Source: an uncultured bacterium (GTDB taxonomy: Bacteria > Deinococcota > Deinococci > Deinococcales > Trueperaceae). Taken from it: a stretch of 64,000 bases of DNA. A program made the position numbers and the translations under genes. The notes below the pieces were generated by a model, which did no database searches, was not told the DNA's origin, and saw only the letters and a program-made list of their open reading frames with translations. This document shows, in pieces, positions 8,608-19,700 of the stretch; position 1 is the first letter of the stretch; the number at the start of each line of letters is the position of its first letter. Location of the stretch: contig CAYNOS010000009.1 in NCBI GenBank assembly GCA_964398985.1, positions 43-64,042 on the forward strand. The letters are read 5' to 3'.

Positions 8608-10056
8608 GTGGCCGACAAAGAGTCCAGAGACACGGCGCCTCAACTCGCGGTAGACGACCTGCTCGGCGATCGGAGGGCCATCGCTCCTCGGGAGCGGTTG
8701 TTGAACGCGCTGGCAGCGACGCTGAGGCGCGACCAGATCGACGCTGCCGATAGCACGCGAGCGCTGTTCGCGCACGGGGAGTCCTATGCCGGCGGCAGGG
8801 AGCCGGACGTCGTCGTCTACCCGGAGTCGACGGAGGACGTGAGGCAGGTCGTTCTGGTGGCTCGTGACCTGGACGCAGCCATCACGCCTGTGGGGGCAAA
8901 CTCCAGTCTCGAAGGGCACACGGTGCCGATTCACGGTGGCATCTCGCTGAGCCTGGCGCGCATGGACAAGGTCAAGGAGATAGCGACCGAGGACTTCCTG
9001 GCTGTCGTAGAGCCGGGCGTCACCTATCCGCGCCTCAACGATGCGCTCCGGAGCACGGGCCTCTTCTTTCCAATCGACCCCGGCGCCGAGGCGACGTTGG
9101 GCGGGATGGCGTCGACCAACGCGTCGGGCACGATGGCTGTGAAGTACGGGGTGACCAGCGATCTGATCATGGGTCTCGAGGTCGTGCTGGCCAGCGGTGA
9201 GGTCATACGCACTGGTGGCCGTTCACGCAAGTCGACCAGTGGCTACGCGTTGACGAAGCTGTTCTGCGGAGCGGAAGGGACGTTGGGAGTCATCACCGAG
9301 CTGACGGTGAGACTCGTGGCGCGCCCCGAGGCGACTGTCGGAGTGAGGGCGTCCTTCGCCACCATAGCCGCATGCGTCGCGTACGTCACCGAGTTGATCC
9401 AAACGGGCGCCAACCCCACGCGCTGTGAGTTGGTCGATGCTGCCAGCATCGAGGCCATCAACGCCCATCTCGGTCTGAACCTCGAAGTTGCCTCCACGGT
9501 CTTTCTGGAACTGGCTGGGAGCCGGGCGGCGGCTGAGTCGACGGCCCGTGACGCTGCGAATCTGGCACGAGACCACGCGGCCACCGCGTGTGACCTGGCA
9601 TTCGGAAGCGACGACCTGAGCCGTCTCTGGAGGGCGCGCCACCAAGCTTTCTACTGCCTCGTGGCCGTCAACCCGGGGCTGGCCAACCTCATCACCGACC
9701 TGGGCGTGCCGGTCTCGAGGTTGGCCGAGGTGATCGAGGCCTGCACGTCGCTCGTCGCGGAGGCTGGGATGCCCGCCTACGTGCTGGGCCACGTGGGTGA
9801 CGGCAACTTCCACCTGACACTGTTCTATCCGCGTGACGATGAGGCCGCCGAAGCGCGGGCCCACGCCGTGCATGCCGCGCTCGTCGACATCACGCTTGCC
9901 GCTGGCGGCACCTGCACAGCGGAGCACGGCGTAGGGCTCAGGAAACTGTCGTACGTGCGCAAGGAGCACGGTTCCGCGGTGGACGTCATGTGGGCGATCA
10001 AGAGGGCGCTAGATCCGCAGGGGATCATGAACCCGGGGAAGAAGCTGCCGGCGTGA
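8608..10056 (+). CDS. FAD-linked oxidase (GlcD / D-lactate dehydrogenase family)
   Basis: FAD_binding_4-like N-terminal half (VVYPESTEDVRQVV ... GANSSLEGH) and a C-terminal half ending TAEHGVGLRK. Confidence 0.8.
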   Translation: MADKESRDTAPQLAVDDLLGDRRAIAPRERLLNALAATLRRDQIDAADSTRALFAHGESYAGGREPDVVVYPESTEDVRQVVLVARDLDAAITPVGANSSLEGHTVPIHGGISLSLARMDKVKEIATEDFLAVVEPGVTYPRLNDALRSTGLFFPIDPGAEATLGGMASTNASGTMAVKYGVTSDLIMGLEVVLASGEVIRTGGRSRKSTSGYALTKLFCGAEGTLGVITELTVRLVARPEATVGVRASFATIAACVAYVTELIQTGANPTRCELVDAASIEAINAHLGLNLEVASTVFLELAGSRAAAESTARDAANLARDHAATACDLAFGSDDLSRLWRARHQAFYCLVAVNPGLANLITDLGVPVSRLAEVIEACTSLVAEAGMPAYVLGHVGDGNFHLTLFYPRDDEAAEARAHAVHAALVDITLAAGGTCTAEHGVGLRKLSYVRKEHGSAVDVMWAIKRALDPQGIMNPGKKLPA

Positions 10057-10072
10057 CGGACGCCGTGTCCTC

Positions 10073-10930
10073 ATGCTCCCCTCACCCGTAACATGGGCAA
10101 CCATGCGGCACAACGGCCCTGCGACCGTCTCGTTGATGTATCACGATGTTTGGCACCGCGAAGCCGGGGACGCGGCGGTTCCCAAGCACCAGAGCGGATT
10201 TCGCAACCCGGGCGCTGAACTCTACAAGCTGTCGTCGGACAGCTTCGCCGCTCATCTGAGGGCTATCGGCGCGGCGGGTAGTGCCCCGACGACGGTTTCG
10301 GAGCTACATCACACACCCCGCGCCCGCCTGGCCGTGACCTTGACGTTCGACGACGGTGGCTCCAGTGCGCACCAGGTCATCGCGCCACTTCTGGAGGAAA
10401 TGGGCTGGCGCGGGCACTTCTTCGTTCCAACCGACTTCATCGGTACTACTGGATTCATGGACGCCGAGCAACTGGTTGACCTGAGTCGCCGCGGGCACGT
10501 CGTGGGCTCACACTCGTGCAGCCATCCGGAGATCATGTCGAAGCTCGACGGACAGCGTCTACGGCACGAGTGGACACGCAGTCGCGAGGTCTTGGCCGAC
10601 ATCCTGGGGCACGAAGTCACGGTCGCCTCGGTGCCCAATGGCTACTCATCACCTGCCGTGGTCGCTGCGGCCGCGAGCGCCGGCATCGAGTGCTTGTTCA
10701 CGTCGGAGCCTTCGGCAGTTCCGACCCGGCATGGCAACTGCCTGGTCTTGGGTCGCTACTCGGTGCAGACCAACACCAGCACGAGGGCAGTAGCTGACTT
10801 GGTGAGGCGGCCGTCGGTCGGGCGCGCCTATCAGGCTCTGAGCTGGGGTCTCAAGAAAGCGGTCAAGGCAGCCGCCGGCGATAGCTACCTCGCCCTGCGC
10901 GCCACCCTCTTGCGTGCCCGGTCATCCTGA
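10073..10930 (+). CDS. Polysaccharide deacetylase family protein
   Basis: NodB-type motifs LTFDDGGSS and GSHSCSHP. The start may instead be the ATG at 10103. Confidence 0.7.
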   Translation: MLPSPVTWATMRHNGPATVSLMYHDVWHREAGDAAVPKHQSGFRNPGAELYKLSSDSFAAHLRAIGAAGSAPTTVSELHHTPRARLAVTLTFDDGGSSAHQVIAPLLEEMGWRGHFFVPTDFIGTTGFMDAEQLVDLSRRGHVVGSHSCSHPEIMSKLDGQRLRHEWTRSREVLADILGHEVTVASVPNGYSSPAVVAAAASAGIECLFTSEPSAVPTRHGNCLVLGRYSVQTNTSTRAVADLVRRPSVGRAYQALSWGLKKAVKAAAGDSYLALRATLLRARSS

Positions 10931-11722
10931 GCGGCTCCTGAAGTGAACCCACTCGGGTTCGTTCTCGAACTGCCAGCGGTAGTAGTCGATCCCCTCGAGG
11001 TTGGCGGCTGCGGCTTCGTCGATCATGACGATGCAGTGCGGGTGGAGCTGTAGAGCACTGGCGCTCACCATCGACGTGATCGGGCCTTCGGTGGCCAGAG
11101 CCAGCATGTCGGCCTTGTGGGGTCCCGTCACCACCATCAGCACCTCGCGGGCCTCGAGGATGGTCCCGACTCCCATCGTGAGGGCCCGTGGTGGCACGGC
11201 TTCTGGATCGCCTCCGAACATGGGAGCGTTCTGCTGTCTGGTGATGGGAGCGAGGGCTTTCTCGCGAGTGCGCGACATCAAGGCAGAGAGCGGCTCGTTG
11301 AAGCCGATATGGCCCGTGCTGCCGAGCCCCAAGAGCTGGAGGTCGATACCTCCGACGCTCTTGATCAGAGCCTCGTAGCGCAGCGCTTCGAGCGGGAGGT
11401 CGTCCGCATCACCGCGAGGGATGTGGGTGTGCTCCGGGCGCAGGTTCACGTGCTGGAAGAGGTGCTGGCGCATGTAGGCGTGATATGAACGCGGATCTTC
11501 CGCCGGCAGCCCAACGTACTCGTCGAGGTTGAAGGTCCGTACGGCGGCGAAGTCGAGTCCCTGCTCGCGATGAAGCCTGACCAACTCGGCGTAGATGCCC
11601 TCCATGGTGCGTCCGGTGGCGCAGCCAAGCACGAGCTCCGGCTTGGTGCGCATCCGGTCGGCAACGAAGCGAGCGGCGAAGGCCTCGGCCGCCTTGGGGG
11701 TTTCGAGGATCAGGATCTCCAT
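10922..11722 (-). CDS. nagB: Glucosamine-6-phosphate deaminase
   Basis: N-terminal LGCATGRTMEGIY, plus GLGSTGHIGFNEP and the C-terminal half typical of NagB. Confidence 0.85.
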   Translation of the reverse strand: MEILILETPKAAEAFAARFVADRMRTKPELVLGCATGRTMEGIYAELVRLHREQGLDFAAVRTFNLDEYVGLPAEDPRSYHAYMRQHLFQHVNLRPEHTHIPRGDADDLPLEALRYEALIKSVGGIDLQLLGLGSTGHIGFNEPLSALMSRTREKALAPITRQQNAPMFGGDPEAVPPRALTMGVGTILEAREVLMVVTGPHKADMLALATEGPITSMVSASALQLHPHCIVMIDEAAAANLEGIDYYRWQFENEPEWVHFRSRSG

Positions 11723-11739
11723 ACAGCTCAGCGACGCTA

Positions 11740-12816
11740 TCAGGACCCAGGCAGGGCGTGAAGTGCTCCGGTGGCCACGACTACCGGATCCCCTGCGGAG
11801 AACATGCCGGTCGCCGCCGGGTTCGAGACCTCGGCCTGGATCGTCGTACCGGCCACCTCCACCTCGTAGTCCGCGTGACTGCCCAGGAACGTGGCGCGAC
11901 GAACGACGCCAGGAAGTGCGTCGGACGAGCCCTCGGTCGGTCGCGATAGTGCGATGGCCTCGGGCCTGGCCACCAGCGTCACGGTGCTTCCTGCAGGGGT
12001 CTCGGTAGGGGAGACGAGAGCGATCTGGCGGCCCGCGACCTCGACCTTGTCGGCGTTGACGACACGGCCCTCCAAGAAGTTCGCCTTGCCGATGAAGTCG
12101 GCGACGAAGCGGTTGGCTGGGGTGGCGTAGATGGCGCGGGGGCTGCCGATCTGCTCGACCTTCCCGTGGTTCATGACGAGGATCAGGTCCGACATCGCCA
12201 TCGCCTCGGTCTGGTCGTGGGTGACGTAGACGGCCGTGATGCCGAGGCGCTGCTGGAGATCGCGGATCTCGAAGCGCATCTGCTCCCTGAGCTTGGCGTC
12301 GAGGTTCGAGAGCGGCTCGTCGAACAGCAGCAACCGCGGTTCCAACACGATGCAGCGAGCGAGAGCCACACGTTGCTGCTGCCCACCGGAGAGGGCGCTT
12401 GGCTGCCTGCGGGCCATCTTCGTCAGACCGACGAGTTCGAGTACGCGCGCGACCCGTTGTTCGATCTCCGTGCCCCGCAGGCGCTGCATTCGCAGGCCGA
12501 AGGCGACGTTCTCGAAAACGTTCAGATGCGGGAAGATGGCATAAGACTGGAAGACCATCGCGGTGTCGCGGGCGTTGGGAGCGAGCATGTCGACGCGCTC
12601 GTCACCGAACCAGACTTCCCCGCTGGTGGCCTCCTCGAAGCCGGCGATGATCCTCAGCAGCGTGGTCTTCCCGCAACCAGACGGGCCCAACAAGGTCACG
12701 AACTGTCCCTTGTCAACCTCCAAGTCGACATCGTCGACAGCGACGACATCGCCGTCGGTTGCCGAATGGCCCGCGAACACCTTTCGCAACCTCACCAGTT
12801 TCAGGTCAACCGACAT
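11740..12816 (-). CDS. ABC transporter ATP-binding protein (FbpC/PotA-like)
   Basis: Walker A GPSGCGKTT, signature LSGGQQQRVA, Walker B LLLFDEPLS, and a C-terminal TOBE-like domain. Confidence 0.85.
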   Translation of the reverse strand: MSVDLKLVRLRKVFAGHSATDGDVVAVDDVDLEVDKGQFVTLLGPSGCGKTTLLRIIAGFEEATSGEVWFGDERVDMLAPNARDTAMVFQSYAIFPHLNVFENVAFGLRMQRLRGTEIEQRVARVLELVGLTKMARRQPSALSGGQQQRVALARCIVLEPRLLLFDEPLSNLDAKLREQMRFEIRDLQQRLGITAVYVTHDQTEAMAMSDLILVMNHGKVEQIGSPRAIYATPANRFVADFIGKANFLEGRVVNADKVEVAGRQIALVSPTETPAGSTVTLVARPEAIALSRPTEGSSDALPGVVRRATFLGSHADYEVEVAGTTIQAEVSNPAATGMFSAGDPVVVATGALHALPGS

Positions 12817-12843
12817 CGCTGCTCCTTGCGGGGGTGCCGCATC

Positions 12844-14520
12844 TCAGAACCTGACCGTGGACGCGCTCTCGGCGCGGCGCCCGACCAACATCTGGATCGC
12901 CAGCATCGCCAGCAGCACGATCACCAATAGCACCATGCTGAACGCAGCTGCGACACCGAGACGCCCTGAGCCGACTTGGTTCAGGATCTGGACCGTCATC
13001 AAGTTCCAGTTGGCCGAGACCAGGAAGATCGCGGCACTGATGGCCGTCATCGCCCTCACGAACGCGAAGACGAGACCGGAGAAGAACGCCGGTGCAATCA
13101 GCGGCAGCGTGACCTTGCGGAAGGTGGTCAAGGCGCTGGCGCCGAGGTTCTGAGCAGCTTCCTCGATGGACGGATCGATCTGTCTGAGGACTGCGATCCC
13201 GGACTGAATCCCGACCGGCACGTAACGGAACACGAAGTTGAGCACCAGGATCGCGAGCGTGCCGGTGAGGATCAGCGGCGGCTGATTGAAGGTGAGGATG
13301 TAGCCGATGCCGGCGACGGTCCCTGGGACGGCGAAGTTGAGGATCGAGAAGAACTCCATCGCGCCTTTGCCGGGGAATCTCTTGCGGACGACGAGGAAGG
13401 CGACCAGCATCCCGAGAATCCCGCTGATCGGTGTCGATGTCACGGCGACGATGATCGTGTCCTTCACCGTGTCCCAGCCGACGTCGAAGACGTATCTGAA
13501 GTGACGCAGCGTCGGCGTGAAGTCGAACCCCCACACGTTGGTCGACGCGCCGACGACGATCACGCCGTAGAAGAGGACCACCATCAGACCGTAGGCGACC
13601 ACGATGCCGAAGAGGATCCACTTGGCGACGGGAGCCACTGCCTTGGTCGTTGCGGCCGTGGGTTTGCCGGTCACCGTGACGTACTGACGCTTCGAGATGT
13701 AGTAGCGCTGAATGGCGAAGGCGGTGATCGAGGGCAAGAGCAGCACCACTGCCAGCATCGCACCGCGTGGCAGATTGAACGAACCCGTGATCTCCAGGAA
13801 CGCCTGGGGCGCCAGCATGGGGAAGGCGGCGCCGGCCAGGACCAAAGGGTTGCCGAAGTCAGCCATCGACTCGATCAGCACGACCAGAAACGCGCTCGCC
13901 ACACCGGGCAGCGAGAGCGGGAACACCACGCGCCAGAACACCTGCCAGCGGCTGGCCCCGACGTTGAGGGCGGCGTCTTCGAGAGTTGGGTTGATGCCGG
14001 CCAAGACCCCTCTCAGCGAGAGGTAGGCGATGGGTGCGAAGGTGAACACCTGAGAGAGCACGACCCCGTGGAAGCCGTAGATGCTGAAGCCCTCGAGCCC
14101 CAGCAGTTGCTTCGTGATGAGGCCGTTGAACCCGAACAGGAACAGGATCGATACGGCTCCCGCGAACGGGGGAGAGATGATCGGCAGCATGACCAGCACG
14201 TGCAGCACGCGTTTGAGCGGCACCGAGGTGCGCTCGATGACGTAAGCACAGACGTAGCCGAGCATGACTCCGAGCACCCCGACCACGCTGCCGACCGCCA
14301 GGCTGTTGCGGAGGGCGTTGCGATACAGCCTGCGTGAGCCCATCAACGCGTAGTTGTCCAGTCCGAGGCCGTCCGGGGTCCGGAAGCTCGCGACCAACAC
14401 GTTGACCAACGGGACCACCACGAACACGACCAGAGCTGCCAGGATGATCACGACCAGGATCAGCAGCAGCGGGTCTCTAGCCAGGTTGCGGATCTCGCGC
14501 AGAGCGTTGCGCATGTTCAC
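12844..14520 (-). CDS. Iron(III)-type ABC transporter permease (duplicated, FbpB-like)
   Basis: 558 aa with about 12 TM segments and two permease modules in tandem. Confidence 0.8.
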   Translation of the reverse strand: MNMRNALREIRNLARDPLLLILVVIILAALVVFVVVPLVNVLVASFRTPDGLGLDNYALMGSRRLYRNALRNSLAVGSVVGVLGVMLGYVCAYVIERTSVPLKRVLHVLVMLPIISPPFAGAVSILFLFGFNGLITKQLLGLEGFSIYGFHGVVLSQVFTFAPIAYLSLRGVLAGINPTLEDAALNVGASRWQVFWRVVFPLSLPGVASAFLVVLIESMADFGNPLVLAGAAFPMLAPQAFLEITGSFNLPRGAMLAVVLLLPSITAFAIQRYYISKRQYVTVTGKPTAATTKAVAPVAKWILFGIVVAYGLMVVLFYGVIVVGASTNVWGFDFTPTLRHFRYVFDVGWDTVKDTIIVAVTSTPISGILGMLVAFLVVRKRFPGKGAMEFFSILNFAVPGTVAGIGYILTFNQPPLILTGTLAILVLNFVFRYVPVGIQSGIAVLRQIDPSIEEAAQNLGASALTTFRKVTLPLIAPAFFSGLVFAFVRAMTAISAAIFLVSANWNLMTVQILNQVGSGRLGVAAAFSMVLLVIVLLAMLAIQMLVGRRAESASTVRF

Positions 14521-14604
14521 ACGTGCGGGTGGGTTGCGCCGGCCACGTCACGGCGCGCCCACCTGCGGTCCCCTCTCGGCACAGGTGCTAGGCGGTGGAA
14601 ACCG

Positions 14605-15597
14605 CTACTGGCCCAGCACGCGCTCCACCCAGAGGTCGACCAAACGCTGCCGGTTGCCGGCCGCGAACTCGGGATCGAAGCTGATCAAGTTGATCTCCGC
14701 AAGCGAGGGAACACCTTCTCCGGCGCTGACATCGGTGCGAATCGGCATGAAGTAGGTCTTGACGACCGACAGCGCCTGCTGGCCAGCCTCCGACGTGATC
14801 CAGTCGGTGAGCGTCCTGGCAGCCTCCAGGTTGGTCGCGCCCTGCAGGATCGACATCGCCGCGACTTCGTATCCGACGCCCTCGCTCGGGAAGATCACTT
14901 GGACGGGGAAGCCCTCGTCTATCAAGCGCAAGAAGCCCGGCGAGAACTGGATCGCGACCGCCGTCTCACCGACGCCCAGGGCCGCGCTCGGGGCCGTTCC
15001 GCTCTGTGTATAGGTCTGGACGTTGGCGTTGAGTTCGGCCAGGTACTCGAACGCTCCGTCCTCGCCGTAGATCTCGCGCAGGGCGAGGATGGCGTTGTAT
15101 GCGGTTCCAGACGACTGCGGCGATGGCATCTGGATCAAGCCGGCGTACTGCGGATCGAGCAGGTCGGCCCAACTGGTGGGGACCGCGGCCCCGCGCGCGC
15201 TCAGGATGTCCGACCGTACGCCGACGGCCATGGGGTTGGTGTAGATCGCGTGCCAGTAGCCTTCGGCATCCTTGAACTCGGCGGGCAGTGCGTCGGCGTT
15301 CTGCGAGATGTAGGGCTGCGTGAGGCCGCGCTCCTTGGCGAGGATGTGGTTCTCGCTGGGGGCGCCGAACCACACGTCAGCCTGAGGGCGCACTCGTTCT
15401 GCCTCGATGCGGGAAAGCGCCGGGCCCGAAGAGAGGAAGACCATCTGGACTTCGACTCCCGTTTGCTCGGTGAAGGCGCCAAGGATCGCGCGCGCGTTCT
15501 CCTCGTCGACGCTCGAGTAGACCACGAGGCTTTGGGCCTGTGCGAGGCCGAGGGTTACGAGTGCGACGATCGCGGTGAATAGCGCTTTGCGGAACAT
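14605..15597 (-). CDS. ABC transporter substrate-binding protein (family 1, iron(III)/thiamine-type)
   Basis: Signal peptide MFRKALFTAIVALVTLGLAQA. It is the first gene of the SBP-permease-ATPase operon. Confidence 0.75.
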   Translation of the reverse strand: MFRKALFTAIVALVTLGLAQAQSLVVYSSVDEENARAILGAFTEQTGVEVQMVFLSSGPALSRIEAERVRPQADVWFGAPSENHILAKERGLTQPYISQNADALPAEFKDAEGYWHAIYTNPMAVGVRSDILSARGAAVPTSWADLLDPQYAGLIQMPSPQSSGTAYNAILALREIYGEDGAFEYLAELNANVQTYTQSGTAPSAALGVGETAVAIQFSPGFLRLIDEGFPVQVIFPSEGVGYEVAAMSILQGATNLEAARTLTDWITSEAGQQALSVVKTYFMPIRTDVSAGEGVPSLAEINLISFDPEFAAGNRQRLVDLWVERVLGQ

Positions 15598-15717
15598 TCA
15601 ACACCTCCTGATTGCGATGGCCGGACTCCTGCCGGTCTCGGAAAGCAGTGTCAGCCGCACCATCTTAGCGCCGAGCGCAGATGGCGGCAGCCGAGGTCTG
15701 CTGGGGGGGCAGGTCCG

Positions 15718-16728
15718 TCACAACCGCGCGCTGGTGTAACTGATCAGCGTGCGCATGTAGTTGGCCCTCTCGAACGCTTCGGGATCGGGCGAGTTGCGCT
15801 GGCTGAGGCTGCCGCGCAACTCGTCCACGCTCGTGTACTCCCGCTCCTCGAGCCAAGCCCTCATGTCCCTCAAGAGCTCGCCCACATGCTGAGCGCCGTT
15901 GATCAGCAGACTGCTCGCCAACTGCACGGTGTCGGCTCCGGCCAGCAGCAGCTTGATCACGTCATGCCAAGAGTGCGCACCGCCGCCCGCCGCCAACGAC
16001 GCCCGCGTGTAGGCGCGCAGGATCGCCATCCAGCGCAGCGCCAGGCGCGACTCGTCGGAACTCGACAGTGTCAAGCGCGGCACTACGGTCAAGTCATCCA
16101 GGTCGATGTCCGGCTGGAGGAAGCGGTTGAAGAGGACCAAGCCCCCGGCTCCCGCCTCAGTGAGGCGCATGACGAAGTTCGGCAGCGAGGAGAAGAAGGG
16201 GGCCAGTTTGACCGCGATCGGAATGGAGACCTGAGCGCTGACGTCGGCGACGAGCTCGAGGTAGCGCTCCTCGACCGCTGTCGCATCGACAGCGGGATCG
16301 GTGGCGAGGAAGTAGATGTTGAGCTCGATGGCGTCGGCGCCGGCCTGCTCGAAGAGGGAGGCGTAGCGCGTCCAGCCACCCGCCGAATGCCCGTTGAGGC
16401 TCGCGATGACCGGGATCCTCAGCGTGCGCTTGGCGGCCTCGATGTGCCTCAGGTAGGCGTCAGGACCCGTGTTGTAGTCCTCGAGCTCGGGGAAGAAGCC
16501 GCTTAGCTCCGGGGAGATCTCCGAGCCGTAGTGATGAAGATCGTGAGCCTGGAACTCCTCGTGCTCGATCTGTTCCTCGAACAACGAGTTGAGAACCACG
16601 GCGGAGGCGCCCGCCTCCTCAAGCTCCCGGAGCCCCGTGAGCGTCGAGGTGAGCGGCGAGGCCGCAGCCACCAACGGGTTGCCTAGTTCGAGCCCAAGGT
16701 AGCGGCTGGTGAGGTCGACTGACATCAT
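15718..16728 (-). CDS. Dihydroorotate dehydrogenase-like protein (PFOR-associated)
   Basis: TIM-barrel DHOD-like motifs (PLVAAASPLT, IPIAVKLAPF). Its ATG overlaps the PFOR TGA as ATGA. Confidence 0.75.
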   Translation of the reverse strand: MMSVDLTSRYLGLELGNPLVAAASPLTSTLTGLRELEEAGASAVVLNSLFEEQIEHEEFQAHDLHHYGSEISPELSGFFPELEDYNTGPDAYLRHIEAAKRTLRIPVIASLNGHSAGGWTRYASLFEQAGADAIELNIYFLATDPAVDATAVEERYLELVADVSAQVSIPIAVKLAPFFSSLPNFVMRLTEAGAGGLVLFNRFLQPDIDLDDLTVVPRLTLSSSDESRLALRWMAILRAYTRASLAAGGGAHSWHDVIKLLLAGADTVQLASSLLINGAQHVGELLRDMRAWLEEREYTSVDELRGSLSQRNSPDPEAFERANYMRTLISYTSARL

Positions 16729-19700
16729 GCTTCCTCTCGGCCGGCCCCAACCAGCTCGCCGGCGACGGCCCCGACCGATGTGCGCTGGGCGCTCGACGCG
16801 AGGCGCTCGTAGCTACGGTAACGGGCATCGATATCAGACTGCGCCTGAGCGAAGAGCTCCTGGGCCCGGTCCGGATGCGCTCTCTGGAGCATCGCGAACC
16901 GCCCCTCGCTTTGGGCGAAGTCCGCGAACGGCACGTTCGGCGGGCGGGAGTCGAGACGCATCGGGCTCTGGGCTCCCGCGACCTCGGCGCCGGGATCGTA
17001 GCGGTAGAGAGGCCAGTAGCCGCTGCGCACGGCCTGCCGCTGCTTGGTCATGGCTGTGGACATCTCGATACCGTGCGCGATGCAGTGGCTGTACGCGATC
17101 ACCAGCGAGGGGCCTGGCCAGCTGGCGGCTTCGCGCAGCGCCTTCACCGTCTGCGCGGGGTTCGCTCCGATGGCCACCTGAGCGACGTAGACGTCGCCGT
17201 AGGTGATAGCCCCCATGCCGAGGTCCTTCTTGGCGGTGGGCTTGCCGGCGGCGGCGAACTTGGCGATAGCGGCTCGCGGTGTCGCCTTCGAGGCCTGGCC
17301 GCCAGTGTTGCTGTAGACCTCGGTGTCAAGCACCAACACGTTGACGTTCCGGCCCGTCGAGAGCACGTGATCGAGGCCTCCGTAGCCGATGTCGTAGGCC
17401 CAGCCGTCGCCGCCGACGATCCAGACTGCCGTTGGGACCAGTGCCTCGGCGACCTCGAGCAGGGTTCGCAGCTCCTTGGCGGTGGCCGCGTCGGCCGCGG
17501 TCATCAGCTCAGCGACTCGGTGCTGCAGAGCCGCCACTCGTTCGCGTTGCGCCGCCAACGCGACGTCGTCTCCGACGTCGGCGTGCGCACCGGCGATAAG
17601 TTGGCTCGCCAGTTCTGAGCCCACTCGTCCGCCCAGTCGCTCGGCCAATGTCAGTGCCAGGTTGCGGCGGGCATCGAGCGAGAGGCGCATGCCGAGGCCG
17701 AACTCGGCGTTGTCCTCGAACAGGGAGTTCGCCCAGGCCGGCCCGCGGCCCGCCTCGTCCTTGGCCCACGGTGTGGTTGGCAGGTTGGCGCCGTAGATCG
17801 ACGAGCAGCCAGTGGCGTTGGCCACCACCATGCGGTCGCCGAACAGCTGCGTGATGAGCTTGAGGTAAGGGGTCTCGCCGCAGCCCCCGCAGGCGCCGGA
17901 GAACTCGAACAACGGCAGCCTCAGCTGCGAGGCCTTGATCGGATCAAGTTCGTCGAACGACGGCCTGGGTGTCGGGAGGGCCCGGTAGAAGTCGAACGCC
18001 GCGCGCTCCACGTCGAGATGGGGTCCCTTCGGCTCCATGTTGAGAGCCTTGCGCTTGGCTTCGGACTTGCTGCGTGCCGGGCAGACATCGACGCAGACGC
18101 CGCAACCGGTGCAGTCATCGGGTGCCAACTGCACGGTGAAGGCGAAGCCTTGCAGAGAAGCGTCCTTGCCCTTCCAAGGACGGGACTTGAACCCTGCCGG
18201 CGCTGCGTCGAGCGCGGCCGGATCGTAGGCGTTGATGCGGATGGCGGAGTGGGGACAGGCGATTGCGCAGAGCGCGCACTGGGTACAGATGTCAGGCTCC
18301 CAGATGGGCACCTCGTGAGCTATCGAGCGCCTCTCGTAACGGCTGGTGCCGGTAGGGAAGGTGCCGTCGACGGGCATGGCCGAGACGGGCAGCCGATCGC
18401 CATGGCCCTCGATGATGCGCGCGGTCACGCGCTGAACGAAGTCCGGTGCCGATTCCGGGACGGCTGGACGACGCCGGTGCGTGGCGGTGACGGTGGGAGG
18501 CACCTTGACTTCGTGCAGCCCTGCCAGCGACGCATCAACGGCAGCGTAGTTGCGCTCGATGACCGCACGTCCGCGCTTGCCATAGCTGATGTCGATGGCC
18601 CGCTTGATCTGCGCCATCGCTTCATCCCTTGGCAGCACACCCGCCAAGGCGAAGAAGCAGGCCTGCATGACCGTGTTGATGCGGCCTGCCAAGCCAGCTT
18701 GCTCTGCGACTTCGAGTGCGTCGACCACGTACAACTTCAAATGCCTCTGGATGACCGTCTCTTGGAACTCGACTGGCAGTTGCCCCCACACCTCCTCAGG
18801 ACCGAAGGGGCTGTTGAGCAAGACGGTGGCGCCATCACAAGCATTCGCCAGGACATCGAGCTTGCTGACGAACTCGAACTGATGAACGCCGATGAAGTCT
18901 GCCTGGCCGATCAGGTACGTCGAGTCGATGCGCTGGGGTCCGAAGCGCAGGTGGGAGACAGTGACGGCCCCCGACTTCTTCGAGTCGTACACGAAGTAGC
19001 CCTGGGCGTGCAGGTCCGTCTGTTCGCCAATGATCTTCACGCTGTTGCGCGTTGCACCGACGGTGCCATCACTCCCCAACCCGTAGAACAGCGCACGCTT
19101 GACGTTGTCGGGTTCGGTGGTGAAGTCCTCGTCGTGCTTGAGGCTGCGGTGCGTCACGTCGTCGACGATGCCGAGCGTGAAGCCGTCGAGCGGCATGTCA
19201 AGGGTCAGCTCGTCAAGGGCCGCCTTGACCATCGCCGGCGTGAACTCTTTCGAGGCGAGCCCGTAGCGGCCACCGATGACGACGATTGGGTTGCCTTCCA
19301 CGTCGCGCCTGCGACCGGAGTGCAGGGCGGCTAGCACGTCCTGGTACAGCGGCTCGCCGCGTGCTCCTGGCTCCTTGGTGCGGTCGAGCACAGCGATGCC
19401 CTTGGTGGTGAGCGGCAGGGCGTTCAAGAAAGCCCGCGTGTCGAACGGACGGTACAGCCGTACCGCAACCAGGCCTACCTTATCGCCAGATTCGTTCATC
19501 TTGGCGACGGCCTCGCGAGCCGCTCCAACGCCAGAGCCCATCAGGACCACGACACGCTCGGGAGCGGGATCGCCGTGGTACTCGAAGGCGCTGTAGCGTC
19601 TCCCGGTTCTCTCCGCGAACTCCGTGAGCACTTGCTCGAGTACCAGTGGGACGGCGTCGTAGAAGGCGTTGCAGGCCTCGCGCGCCTGGAAGAACACGTC